Below the pieces are notes generated by a model. It saw nothing but the letters and a program-made list of their open reading frames with translations, was not told where the DNA came from and did not search any database. DNA of 64,000 nucleotides from Candidatus Omnitrophota bacterium (lineage in GTDB: Bacteria; Omnitrophota; Gorgyraeia; Gygaellales; Profunditerraquicolaceae). The translations under genes were made by a program, and so were the position numbers. The stretch is taken from NCBI GenBank assembly GCA_016208765.1, contig JACQXK010000021.1, positions 8,053 to 72,052 of the forward strand, given 5' to 3'. The stretch's first letter is position 1, and each line of letters starts with the position of its first letter. Shown one piece after another: positions 9,815 through 18,962 of this stretch.

Positions 9815-10741
9815 CTACTCTAAGAACTCTTTTACTATAAATATTGGCCTGCCCTGAATCTCTTTATATATCCTGAAAATATATTCACCCATTATTCCGA
9901 GAAATAACAACTGTATTGAAGCTACCAGATATATACTAAGTAAAGTTGACGACCAGCCAAATGGGGCTATTCCAGAGAATTTGCCTATAATGGTATAGAC
10001 AGTTGCCAGAAAGAAAAGTATCACTCCTGCCAGGCCGGTAAAAAGACAAATTTTAATTGGAAAGTTGGAAAACGAAAAAAATGCATCTAATCCAAGGTTG
10101 AATAATTTACCGAAATTCATTTTTGCTTCTCCGGTCATTCTGTCAGGCCTGAAATATTCTATATATCCCTGTCTAAACCCGACAAAGGACCTCAAACCCG
10201 GCAGATATCTGTTTCTTTCCTTAAACGATAAAAGGGCGTTTAAGGCTTTACGGTTAAGCATTGAAAAATTCCCGGCGTCAGAATCTGTATCTATTTTTAT
10301 AATATTTTTAAAGAAAATATGGAACACTTTAATGAACAGATTCTTTGGAAACTTTTCCTGCCGCCCGGTTCTTTTGCCGTATACAATATCGTAGTCCCCG
10401 TTAATCAGTTTTTCATACATTTCCTTTATCAATTCAGGCGGGTCCTGCATATCTCCATCCATCATTGCAATATACTCGCCTTTGGCATATTCTAAGCCTG
10501 CGGTATAAGCTGCCTGATGACCAAAATTTCTGGCAAGCATTAGAACTTTAAAGCGGTTATCTTTCTTATGGCATTCAATTAATTTGCTTAAGCTCTTATC
10601 TGAACTCCCGTCATCAACGCAAATAATTTCAAACAAATCCGTTATTTCTTTTAGAGCATTAATGCTTCTTTCAAAAATCTCTTTAATCAGATCTTCTTCA
10701 TTAAAAACAGGTATGACTAAACTGATAAGAGGTTTCGACAT
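9815..10741 (-). CDS. GT2 polyprenol-phosphate glycosyltransferase (ArnC/GtrB-like) with C-terminal TM helices.
   Basis: The N-terminus is LISLVIPVFNEE, followed by VDDGSSD and MDGDMQDPPE (DxD). There are two C-terminal hydrophobic helices. 308 aa. Confidence 0.85.
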   Translation of the reverse strand: MSKPLISLVIPVFNEEDLIKEIFERSINALKEITDLFEIICVDDGSSDKSLSKLIECHKKDNRFKVLMLARNFGHQAAYTAGLEYAKGEYIAMMDGDMQDPPELIKEMYEKLINGDYDIVYGKRTGRQEKFPKNLFIKVFHIFFKNIIKIDTDSDAGNFSMLNRKALNALLSFKERNRYLPGLRSFVGFRQGYIEYFRPDRMTGEAKMNFGKLFNLGLDAFFSFSNFPIKICLFTGLAGVILFFLATVYTIIGKFSGIAPFGWSSTLLSIYLVASIQLLFLGIMGEYIFRIYKEIQGRPIFIVKEFLE

Positions 10742-10791
10742 AGGTTATTGTCTCATTTTCTAAATTTATTTTTCAATTTCAGTGAAATTGT

Positions 10792-11508
10792 CTATAATTT
10801 CCGGGCAATCAGCAGGACCGATTTGCCTACCCTGTAACATAGCAGAGGATCAAATAATTCTGACATTCTGATTATTACCCTGTCCCAAAATAAGATCTGT
10901 TTAATTGACGGATAACTCTGCCTCAAAAACAACTTATTGGCTAATGATGCTGTCAGGCCTACTGAATCTAAATAGATAGCCTTTATGATATTAAAACCAT
11001 GTGGTACGATGGACATGAGTTGTTTTCTTGTATAACGCCTGAGATGTCCTATCGCCCTGTCAAATGGAGTATAAAGAAACTGGTGCGCAGGCACAACAAT
11101 CATCAACACACCGTTTGCATCAAGGTATTTCTCAGCTAAACCAAGCTCTGCCTTATCATCTTCAATATGTTCCATTACATCGATATAAATTATAGCGTCA
11201 AATAATTGCCCTAACGGCATGTCCTTCAGTGTGCCAACCTTACATCTGCAGCATGGGGGCAGATTGCTTTCAGCTATCTGTTTATTTATATTTTGGGCCA
11301 GATTCGGGTCAGGTTCCAAACATACCCATTCATCCTGTGAACCGTCGCATAAAGACAATGTGGTGCCGCCGATGCCGGCGCCCACTTCCAGTATTCTTCC
11401 TTTTAAATATTCCCGTAAAAACCCGCCGTAGTATCTTTTCCAGTTTACCGCTTTATCAAAGATAGTGAGTTCATCCCCTATGTACTTGTCAGGACTCTCA
11501 TTTACCAT
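10792..11508 (-). CDS. Class I SAM-dependent methyltransferase. Candidate sugar N- or O-methyltransferase.
   Basis: It carries the LEVGAGIGGTT glycine-rich SAM motif. At 238 aa it matches the size of TylM1/DesVI-type enzymes. Confidence 0.75.
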   Translation of the reverse strand: MVNESPDKYIGDELTIFDKAVNWKRYYGGFLREYLKGRILEVGAGIGGTTLSLCDGSQDEWVCLEPDPNLAQNINKQIAESNLPPCCRCKVGTLKDMPLGQLFDAIIYIDVMEHIEDDKAELGLAEKYLDANGVLMIVVPAHQFLYTPFDRAIGHLRRYTRKQLMSIVPHGFNIIKAIYLDSVGLTASLANKLFLRQSYPSIKQILFWDRVIIRMSELFDPLLCYRVGKSVLLIARKL

Positions 11509-11511
11509 ATT

Positions 11512-12249
11512 TTATTTTCTTGCAATACAAAATACGGACAATCCGAAAGGGAATCTTATTCCAGACATTATTAAAAAGTTCTCAATAGATAGCACTCCCG
11601 TAAGTATTTTATTGAACACCCCCGGCAATGGTTTCAGGTCGGATTCTATATGTTCTGCACTCATAAAAAACATCTCTAAAATTCTCTTAATAAAAGCTGC
11701 TGGAAAGAGAACTGTATTCCTGTAGGTCAATTTTTCAATGCTAAATCCGGCTTTTTCAATTTTTACTAACAGTTCTTTGCAGGTATACCTCCGCCTGGTA
11801 TGAACAGCTATATCATGCCTTCCTCTAAGAAAATTATAAGCCGGCACATTCAAGACAACTATCCCGTTCTTATTTACAACCCTGTAAAACTCCTGTAATG
11901 CTTTCAAATCGCTATAGACATTTGCATGATACAAAACATCCAGCGATATAACTACATCAAAGGAGTTGTCGCTGAACGGGATATTGCAGATTGATCCTTG
12001 TACGATATTATTTAATCCTCTCTTTTGGCAAAATTGAATTGCCTCTTCTGAGAAATCCAGTCCGCTTGCATCATATGCCTTGCAGCTTTCCAATGTCTTT
12101 CCAGTACCGCAACCGGCGTCCAGTATTTTTAAATTTCTTTCTTTTGATGCAAACTTATCAATCGAGGAAAACACCAATTTTCTTAAGCCGACGTACCACC
12201 AGTAACTATCTTCAATTTGGTACATTACTTTATACTCTTCTTTTTCCAT
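11512..12249 (-). CDS. Class I SAM-dependent methyltransferase. Candidate sugar N- or O-methyltransferase.
   Basis: SAM motif ILDAGCGTGKT. 245 aa. Confidence 0.75.
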   Translation of the reverse strand: MEKEEYKVMYQIEDSYWWYVGLRKLVFSSIDKFASKERNLKILDAGCGTGKTLESCKAYDASGLDFSEEAIQFCQKRGLNNIVQGSICNIPFSDNSFDVVISLDVLYHANVYSDLKALQEFYRVVNKNGIVVLNVPAYNFLRGRHDIAVHTRRRYTCKELLVKIEKAGFSIEKLTYRNTVLFPAAFIKRILEMFFMSAEHIESDLKPLPGVFNKILTGVLSIENFLIMSGIRFPFGLSVFCIARK

Positions 12250-12256
12250 ATACCCT

Positions 12257-13366
12257 TTAATCTATCTGAGACAAGATATCATGTAATGAATCGGCCACTG
12301 TCTTTTGCTCCTTTTCCGTTAAAGAAGGATACATAGGCAAGGAAAAAATTTCGTTTGCAGCCTTCTCTGTATGCGGCAGGTCGCCTGTTTTATAGCCTAT
12401 GAACCCGTAGCCGGTCATTGTATGGATCGGCCATGGGTAACTGATATTAACAAGAATATCTCTTTTTTTCAGCTCTGCAATAATTTGATCTCTCTTTAAA
12501 TGACGGCAAACATATAAATAATAAGCGTGACTGTTTCCGGGCGATGTTTTGGGTAGGATGAGATTTGTATCTGACAACAACTGATCATATTGTTGAGCAA
12601 GAAAATCTCTGCGTTCTATGTATTTTTCAAGATGCTTAAACTTGCTCATAAGAATAGCGGCATGAAGCTCATCAAGTCTTGAATTGTATCCGTGTTCTAC
12701 CGAGTAATAAGCTTTTTCCATGCCATAAAAACGAAGACGGAGCAGTTTCTTGTATAGCGCTTCATCATTTGTCAATACCATGCCGCCATCTCCATAGCCG
12801 CCGAGAATCTTGGTCGGATAAAACGAGAAAGACGATATATCGGACATTGAACCAGCCTTTTTCCCGTTAAAGGCGGCTCCGTGACTCTGGGCGCAGTCTT
12901 CAAGGACTTTTAATCCGTAAGCGTCAGCCGCCTGTTTAACATCATCCATATTGACGCATTGGCCGTAGAGGTGAACCGGTAAAATACATTTTGTTTTTTT
13001 TGTAATCGCTTTTTTCAGCAAAGAGGTGTCCATGAGATAGGTTTCCGGATCTATGTCAACGAATCGTGGAACTCCTCCGGTAGAAACAATAGCTGATACT
13101 GTGGGCACGGCGGTATTAGACACGGTGATCACCTCATCTCCAGATCCTATATCTAATGCCTTAAGCCCGAGAAAAATGGCATCTGTGCCGCTGTTGACTC
13201 CTACTCCATATTTTACGCCACAGTATTTTGCAAATTCCTCTTCAAATTTCTTTACGTTCTCACCGAGTATTAATACTCCGGATTTTAATACTTTTTCAAT
13301 CGCAGCATGAATTTCGTCTTTTTCATTCTCATACTCGCTGAGGTAATTCCAAACTTTTATCGTCAT
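12257..13366 (-). CDS. DegT/DnrJ/EryC1/StrS family PLP-dependent NDP-sugar aminotransferase.
   Basis: The regions GVNSGTDAIFLGLKAL and DEVITVSNTAVPTVSAI are typical of the family, as is the overall architecture. 369 aa. Confidence 0.9.
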   Translation of the reverse strand: MTIKVWNYLSEYENEKDEIHAAIEKVLKSGVLILGENVKKFEEEFAKYCGVKYGVGVNSGTDAIFLGLKALDIGSGDEVITVSNTAVPTVSAIVSTGGVPRFVDIDPETYLMDTSLLKKAITKKTKCILPVHLYGQCVNMDDVKQAADAYGLKVLEDCAQSHGAAFNGKKAGSMSDISSFSFYPTKILGGYGDGGMVLTNDEALYKKLLRLRFYGMEKAYYSVEHGYNSRLDELHAAILMSKFKHLEKYIERRDFLAQQYDQLLSDTNLILPKTSPGNSHAYYLYVCRHLKRDQIIAELKKRDILVNISYPWPIHTMTGYGFIGYKTGDLPHTEKAANEIFSLPMYPSLTEKEQKTVADSLHDILSQID

Positions 13367-13367
13367 T

Positions 13368-14330
13368 TTACTCCTTCCCTAAAGCGGTGCACCGCAGTTT
13401 ATGCAGAATGACTGCATCTGAAAGCAGATTTTCAGTGAGATATTTATAATTCCCCCCCTGCACTGCTCCTAATACTTGCTGAATATAAATTGAAAAACTG
13501 TCGGCCTTCGGAGCTTTTATAACGCCGGGAGTATTACACAGCTTAAAATGTATCTCGTTCTCCATATCTGCTGGGGTTGTGAAAACTCGTTCAACGGTAA
13601 CGGATACATCAGGGCCTAATAAACTGAGATAATTTTGATATCCCGTATCAAACCCGAAATGTCCTACCATCGCTCTTCCGCCTGGATATGATGCAAGCAT
13701 GCTGAAAGACGTATCTATGTTGTCGCTTCCGCCCCAACTGCAAATCCTGCAAAAAATTTCTTCAGGCTCTTCACCGAAAAACAATCTGCCGGCTGACACT
13801 GCATATGGGCCAAGGTCCCAAAGCGCTCCCCCGCCGAGATTTACTTTATATCTGAAATCTCCGGGGGATAACGGGGGGAAAGAAAATATAACCGTCAACC
13901 TTGTCGGGCTGCTTCTTGCTTTTAAAAAGATATCCCCGGCAGCCTGTATTTGTGGATGAAAGGCATAGACCGTGGCCTCGGACAAACATAAGCCGGATTT
14001 TTGAGCCAATTCCGATAAACGTTCCGCAGTATTAAAGCCAGTAAATGCCGGCTTGTCGACAATTACATGAAAACCTCTTACTAACGCTTTTTCAGCCCAT
14101 TTTGAGTGATCGCTGTTAACGGTTGAAATATAAACCAGATCTGCCTTACTTTTTGAAAGCGCAGTATCATAGTCGTTGTATATATCACCCTGAAATTTGT
14201 CGGGTAATGCTATCTTTGAAGCAAATGACTGTGACGCGATATCAATCCGGGTAATGGAGGGTATTTCTAACAGGGCGGGAATGACGCGCTTTTGCACTAT
14301 CCTTGAATATCCGATAATTAATATTTGCAT
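13368..14330 (-). CDS. Gfo/Idh/MocA family NAD(P)-dependent oxidoreductase. Candidate NDP-sugar 3-ketoreductase.
   Basis: It has an N-terminal Rossmann segment (MQILIIGYSRIVQKRVIPAL). It sits directly downstream of the 2,3-dehydratase, as in the KijD10/OleW-type arrangement. Confidence 0.75.
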   Translation of the reverse strand: MQILIIGYSRIVQKRVIPALLEIPSITRIDIASQSFASKIALPDKFQGDIYNDYDTALSKSKADLVYISTVNSDHSKWAEKALVRGFHVIVDKPAFTGFNTAERLSELAQKSGLCLSEATVYAFHPQIQAAGDIFLKARSSPTRLTVIFSFPPLSPGDFRYKVNLGGGALWDLGPYAVSAGRLFFGEEPEEIFCRICSWGGSDNIDTSFSMLASYPGGRAMVGHFGFDTGYQNYLSLLGPDVSVTVERVFTTPADMENEIHFKLCNTPGVIKAPKADSFSIYIQQVLGAVQGGNYKYLTENLLSDAVILHKLRCTALGKE

Positions 14331-14341
14331 TTAAACAGATC

Positions 14342-15793
14342 TCAAATAAAACTCAAACAAGAAAGTATGTTTCGTGCTTCGATATTGAAATAATTGTTAT
14401 ATCTTGTAAACTCCATAATTTGACCCAGAGTCATCCATTTATAATTTTCCGGAATATCTATTGATTCGGCATCTCCAAGCTCGACAATCATATTTTTGTT
14501 TTGCCAATGATAAAACCGCCCTCCTTCTTCGGACTGAATAGAAGAGTATCTTATCCTGTTTGGGGCGGCTTTCATAAAAAGATCCAGAAACAGCGGTTTA
14601 ATCGCGAGCTGCATTCTGTATTCGGCATCGGCGCATGATACCGTAGGGGCCATTTCCACAACGTCAAGATTACCGGGTTCCGGCTTTCCCTGAACCAGAA
14701 AATGGAGCACGCCGTTTATTTTTTTAGTTAGAAACCCTATTAGACCGTAGGAATAATGCTTCAATAGAGGCTGGGTCCAGCTTAACACCTCGCGGCTCCC
14801 TGCAATTACCGAAACCGCAATCACGGAAAAGAAATGTCCTGACTCATGATAAATCTCTCTGTCCGTATGTATCCAGCCTGATACCGCTTTTAAAGGAATG
14901 CTCCCGACCTTTATTTCATATCTCGTTTTTAATTCCGTAAACCAGCTTATTATCTCATCCGTGCTGTGAAGTGCGTGTCCTCTATCAAGCATTGAAAGAA
15001 ATATATCTTTGCAAAACCCTTTGAGTCTGTGGTCAAACAATTTTATCTCGTCGGGTTCGTTTGACAGCAGATATTCATGATCCTGCCTCAGTTCATCATC
15101 GATAAAGGGTATTCTTGATATTACCGATCTGGCATCCATGTTCACGAAATTGTCAGAGGCCAGAAGCTTCTTGATTTGTCCCAGTGTCAGCCATTGGAAG
15201 TCGTCATGCAAATAAATATCATCGTCTACCTCTATGATCATGTTCCGATTTCTTTTGCGTAAAAATCTGGAACCCTGTTCTGACTGCAGTTGGTCTATCA
15301 GTATTTTTGATTTTGATCTGTCCAAGAAATACTCGAGATAAGCAGGCAGCTTGCCTTGATGCACCTGGGTGTAATTGCTTTTGGTGGCTTGAACGGTGGG
15401 CGATAACTGATTGATATTTATATTGCCAGGCTCCATCTTGGCCTGCATGAGAAAATATCTGCAGCCGTCGAATTTCTTCGTTATTATCCCGAGAATTCCA
15501 ATCTCCGGTTGACTGATAATGGGTTGTTCCCATTCCCTGACGGACCCGCAATTAGTATGCACCCTTATTCCTTCAACCGTGAAAAATTTCCCGGAATCAT
15601 GAATAAGATTTTGCGAATCTTTCGCGAAGCGCCATTTGTCAAGCTTATCAAACGGAATCTGTTCAACTGAAAAGCGGTTTGCCGTTTCTCTGGAGTGAAA
15701 CCAAGAGATAAAGGCTTCCGACTTCCGGAAACGGTTTTCTTCCGTGAGAGCTGAAAACAAAAAACTTGATTCTTTAGATTCAGCGAAACGCAT
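14342..15793 (-). CDS. NDP-hexose 2,3-dehydratase (EvaA/TylX3/OleV family).
   Basis: 483 aa with an internal duplication. Two copies of the QAKxEPGN-type motif are present (LMQAKMEPGNINI and LVQGKPEPGNLDV), matching the two-domain Hexose_dehydrat architecture. Confidence 0.75.
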   Translation of the reverse strand: MRFAESKESSFLFSALTEENRFRKSEAFISWFHSRETANRFSVEQIPFDKLDKWRFAKDSQNLIHDSGKFFTVEGIRVHTNCGSVREWEQPIISQPEIGILGIITKKFDGCRYFLMQAKMEPGNININQLSPTVQATKSNYTQVHQGKLPAYLEYFLDRSKSKILIDQLQSEQGSRFLRKRNRNMIIEVDDDIYLHDDFQWLTLGQIKKLLASDNFVNMDARSVISRIPFIDDELRQDHEYLLSNEPDEIKLFDHRLKGFCKDIFLSMLDRGHALHSTDEIISWFTELKTRYEIKVGSIPLKAVSGWIHTDREIYHESGHFFSVIAVSVIAGSREVLSWTQPLLKHYSYGLIGFLTKKINGVLHFLVQGKPEPGNLDVVEMAPTVSCADAEYRMQLAIKPLFLDLFMKAAPNRIRYSSIQSEEGGRFYHWQNKNMIVELGDAESIDIPENYKWMTLGQIMEFTRYNNYFNIEARNILSCLSFI

Positions 15794-15827
15794 TTTTATA
15801 CAAATATTTCATCTCGGTTTTTGTCTT

Positions 15828-16256
15828 TTACGTCAAGTTTTTCTTCACGACGTTAAGGTATTCTTCCCAGCTTCTGATGGATTTTGAAATATTGTAATGA
15901 GTGTCAGCCAATACCATACACACAGCATCAGCGGAAAAATCAAAGATATTAATGAAAATCATCTTTGGAATAAATAGCCCCCGCTTAGCGTCATTCATCT
16001 CAAAAACCCTTGACTCCCTTCCATCACAGAGCTCCATTTTAAACGAGCCGGAAGAAGCTATAACGACCTGGTCAGTTTCAGTATGCGCATGGCCGCCTCT
16101 GGGCGAAACGATATGGTGCATGTAGAAAACCCTCTTTATGGTAATGGGGATATCCCTCTCACTCTCTATGGCCGTCAGGAAGCCCCTGGAATCATTTATA
16201 GAAGGCAAATCAATCCATTTTATATATTTGAAATTCGATTGTATTTCTTGCATCAT
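15828..16256 (-). CDS. FdtA/QdtA/Tyl1a-like cupin, NDP-4-keto-6-deoxyhexose 3,4-ketoisomerase.
   Basis: 142 aa. The motifs are SRGFLTAIE...IKRVFYM...PRGGHAH, and the small-cupin size fits. Confidence 0.65.
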   Translation of the reverse strand: MMQEIQSNFKYIKWIDLPSINDSRGFLTAIESERDIPITIKRVFYMHHIVSPRGGHAHTETDQVVIASSGSFKMELCDGRESRVFEMNDAKRGLFIPKMIFINIFDFSADAVCMVLADTHYNISKSIRSWEEYLNVVKKNLT

Positions 16257-16337
16257 GTTTATTATATGTCTGTTTTGATTCGTGCTGCAGCTCAGTTATC
16301 AGCCGGATAATATTAATCGTGACATTAAACGCTCTTG

Positions 16338-17300
16338 CTATAAATCGCTTTTATTCCGGCATTCAAAATATTTCTTTATGATAAATTGCGGCTTCTTATT
16401 AAGAGATAAGAAAATCCTTCCAATGTATTCACCAAGCATACCGAGCGCTATCAATTGTATACCGGAAAAAATCGAGATTGAGACGGATAGAGTTGCAAAG
16501 CCAACAGGCAGGGTTGGGTCCAGTATTTTTTCTATTATATAATAAACTCCAAGCGCCATCCCGAATAACGCAAATACAAATCCGAATATTACCGCTCCTC
16601 TTAGCGGTAATATAGAAAAGTTGGTAAACATATTAAGCCATAATGAGATCAATTTTCTCAAAGTATATCCTGAGCGTCCGTGCTGACGCGCATGGTGTTC
16701 CACTTTAACCTTTCCGATTTTATCTGTGAATTGCAATATTAATCCGTCAATATAAGGAAAGGGGGCCTGATATTGAATGATTTCGTTTATTAAAAATCTG
16801 TTTAAAATCTTGAAACTCGAAAGATACAGATCCTTTGGTTTTCTCAGCATAACATTGGCGACTTTATCATTAAACCAGCTGCCGATATTTTTAAATAGAG
16901 AATCTTTCTTCTTTTCATAATATGAGTAAACAACATCATAATCATTTTCCTGTGCTTTGTGAACAAGTTTAGTGACCTCTTCTACCGGATTCTGAAAGTC
17001 GTCGTCCATAATGACCGCATAATCACCTGTTGCTTTGTTTAAGCCTGCCATTACCGCGCTATGCTCTCCAAAGTTTTTTGACAGAGAATAAAACCTTACA
17101 ATACTGCGATATCTCTCAAACAGTGATACACAAACTTCTTCTGAGCGGTCTTTTGAATTATCATTGATAAGTACTATTTCAAGTTTATACTGTTGGTTGA
17201 GGGTATTGATCAGAACTTCTACCAGCTTACCTATGGTCTTTTCCGCATTATAAACAGGGATAATAACAGATAAAGCAATCGACGGTGTTTTAACGTTCAT
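16338..17300 (-). CDS. GT2 polyprenol-phosphate glycosyltransferase (GtrB/ArnC-like) with C-terminal TM helices.
   Basis: LSVIIPVYNAEKT, INDNSKDRS and MDDDFQNP (DxD) are present, with a C-terminal hydrophobic pair. 320 aa. Confidence 0.85.
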   Translation of the reverse strand: MNVKTPSIALSVIIPVYNAEKTIGKLVEVLINTLNQQYKLEIVLINDNSKDRSEEVCVSLFERYRSIVRFYSLSKNFGEHSAVMAGLNKATGDYAVIMDDDFQNPVEEVTKLVHKAQENDYDVVYSYYEKKKDSLFKNIGSWFNDKVANVMLRKPKDLYLSSFKILNRFLINEIIQYQAPFPYIDGLILQFTDKIGKVKVEHHARQHGRSGYTLRKLISLWLNMFTNFSILPLRGAVIFGFVFALFGMALGVYYIIEKILDPTLPVGFATLSVSISIFSGIQLIALGMLGEYIGRIFLSLNKKPQFIIKKYFECRNKSDL

Positions 17301-17369
17301 ATTATTTTATATGCAAGATGTTAAATTTATTTTAATTATTATTTTATTGAGACCACTTTGTCAAGGAAC

Positions 17370-17393
17370 TGTTTATTAAAATGTTTATTAAAA
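17370..17393. repeat. Perfect tandem direct repeat, 2 x 12 bp (tgtttattaaaa), in an AT-rich intergenic region.
   Basis: Read directly from the sequence. It lies 70-93 bp upstream of the start of GT2 gene 16338..17300 on the minus strand. Confidence 0.8.
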
Positions 17394-17414
17394 TCACGAT
17401 GTTCAGATAAACTA

Positions 17415-18962
17415 TTATTTCCGGGGGACATAAATGAATTCTGGTCTAATGGCAAGCCCTGAGACCGGCCAAAATACATTTTCATCTTCAAAAGCTGTGT
17501 CTTGTTTTATATAATATTTCTTGATATATCTTAAACCCGGCCCTCTATCCTCAGCGCCGTTATTCGAAGAAAGAACAATGGCACTGAATCTTTTTTCCTG
17601 TAAGGCATTTTCTATTTCACTTAATAATCCCTCTTTGGGTTTGCCTTCATCCCACATTAAAATATCTCGAATTGCTGCTCCATGAGCATAACTTTTTTTT
17701 CCAGCCATAATTGACAGGTAGCCTGAATCAGGAATAAAAACCTCACCTTCTATTTGTTTTATTTTCCTAACCAATTCTTTGCCGGCTTCCAAATCCCTTT
17801 GATTAGGAATGTATAAAGCGGTATTATACCTAATAGGCTCAAGACAAAACTGCATAACACAAATAAGACACAAGAAAATTTTTATTAAAGACTGTCCTCT
17901 TTCAGACACAGTATGTATAGATTCTAAGATCATATTAAATGCCATACCAAATAAGATAGCCATACTAGCGAAAACCATTAATAAAGAATTCTGCCCGCCT
18001 CCCGGATTAACCCGGGATAAACATGATATCCCTACCATATCGATGAATACAATGGAGTAAAAAAGAAAATTCTTCTTGTTTGCATTGAAGAATTGAGCAA
18101 GTATGAAGAATATGGACAAAGCCAACGCAATGGGCATCGTAGGCAATATGTCTTTTTTCCAGAAATGAGCAAACATTTGATCTTTAAAAAAAGAGGAGGT
18201 CATTAACGGCGTCTTTGCCATTGAGAAAAAGAAATAATTATACCAGCCGTCGTGAATATAATTTAAAAGAAATAGTACACTGCCACCGACAATAATTGTA
18301 GTACCAATAAAATAAATAGACCGTCGTAAGTCCCACAGAAGACAATAAAGCATTATAGGCAATGAAACCAATAATGCACTTTGTTTAGTCAGGAAAGCAA
18401 GTACCATCACTATACCGGCGAGAATATACATTATGCTTGAACTTGCAAATTTTACCAGATAAACAACCAGTAGCAAAAATAGCAAAAAAAGTACATCAAC
18501 CCTGCCCATGTCAAACCAACCACCTGTCAGAGGGTATGATGCAGCAAATAAACACGAGGCAAGAATCCCTGCATATTTACTTCTTGTTTCTTTATAGACT
18601 ATAAGGAATATAACGTAAAAACAACCAAGAGATGAAATAAAAGATACAAGTCTTTGTGCTGTGAAGGTTAAACCGATAATAGTTGAGGCAGCGGCTGAAA
18701 TATAGAAATAAAGAGGTGCATAAAGCAAAGGAACATATTCTAATGATGGACTAACATATAATTTCTGTCCCGATCTTATCCTTGTTATTTCAGTTAGTAT
18801 CCCTCCCTCCATCCACTCTAATTCAAATGGATAGTTAATACGGGAAAAAACAATATACAAATATTTTACAACATATAAGATGCCGACTAATATTAATATG
18901 TATTTTGCAAACTTAGCTGTCCAGTTTAAAATAGTTTGATTCAAAACTGTCTGTTTCATCAA
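17415..18962 (-). CDS. Polytopic membrane protein of the YPFELEW family, paralog 1. Putative GT-C-like glycosyltransferase with a C-terminal periplasmic domain.
   Basis: 515 aa. The N-terminal region INYPFELEWMEGGILTE...SPSLEYVPLLYAPLYFYISAA is strongly similar to ORF 24064..25560. It has many TM helices followed by a roughly 150-aa soluble C-terminus. Confidence 0.6.
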   Translation of the reverse strand: MMKQTVLNQTILNWTAKFAKYILILVGILYVVKYLYIVFSRINYPFELEWMEGGILTEITRIRSGQKLYVSPSLEYVPLLYAPLYFYISAAASTIIGLTFTAQRLVSFISSLGCFYVIFLIVYKETRSKYAGILASCLFAASYPLTGGWFDMGRVDVLFLLFLLLVVYLVKFASSSIMYILAGIVMVLAFLTKQSALLVSLPIMLYCLLWDLRRSIYFIGTTIIVGGSVLFLLNYIHDGWYNYFFFSMAKTPLMTSSFFKDQMFAHFWKKDILPTMPIALALSIFFILAQFFNANKKNFLFYSIVFIDMVGISCLSRVNPGGGQNSLLMVFASMAILFGMAFNMILESIHTVSERGQSLIKIFLCLICVMQFCLEPIRYNTALYIPNQRDLEAGKELVRKIKQIEGEVFIPDSGYLSIMAGKKSYAHGAAIRDILMWDEGKPKEGLLSEIENALQEKRFSAIVLSSNNGAEDRGPGLRYIKKYYIKQDTAFEDENVFWPVSGLAIRPEFIYVPRK

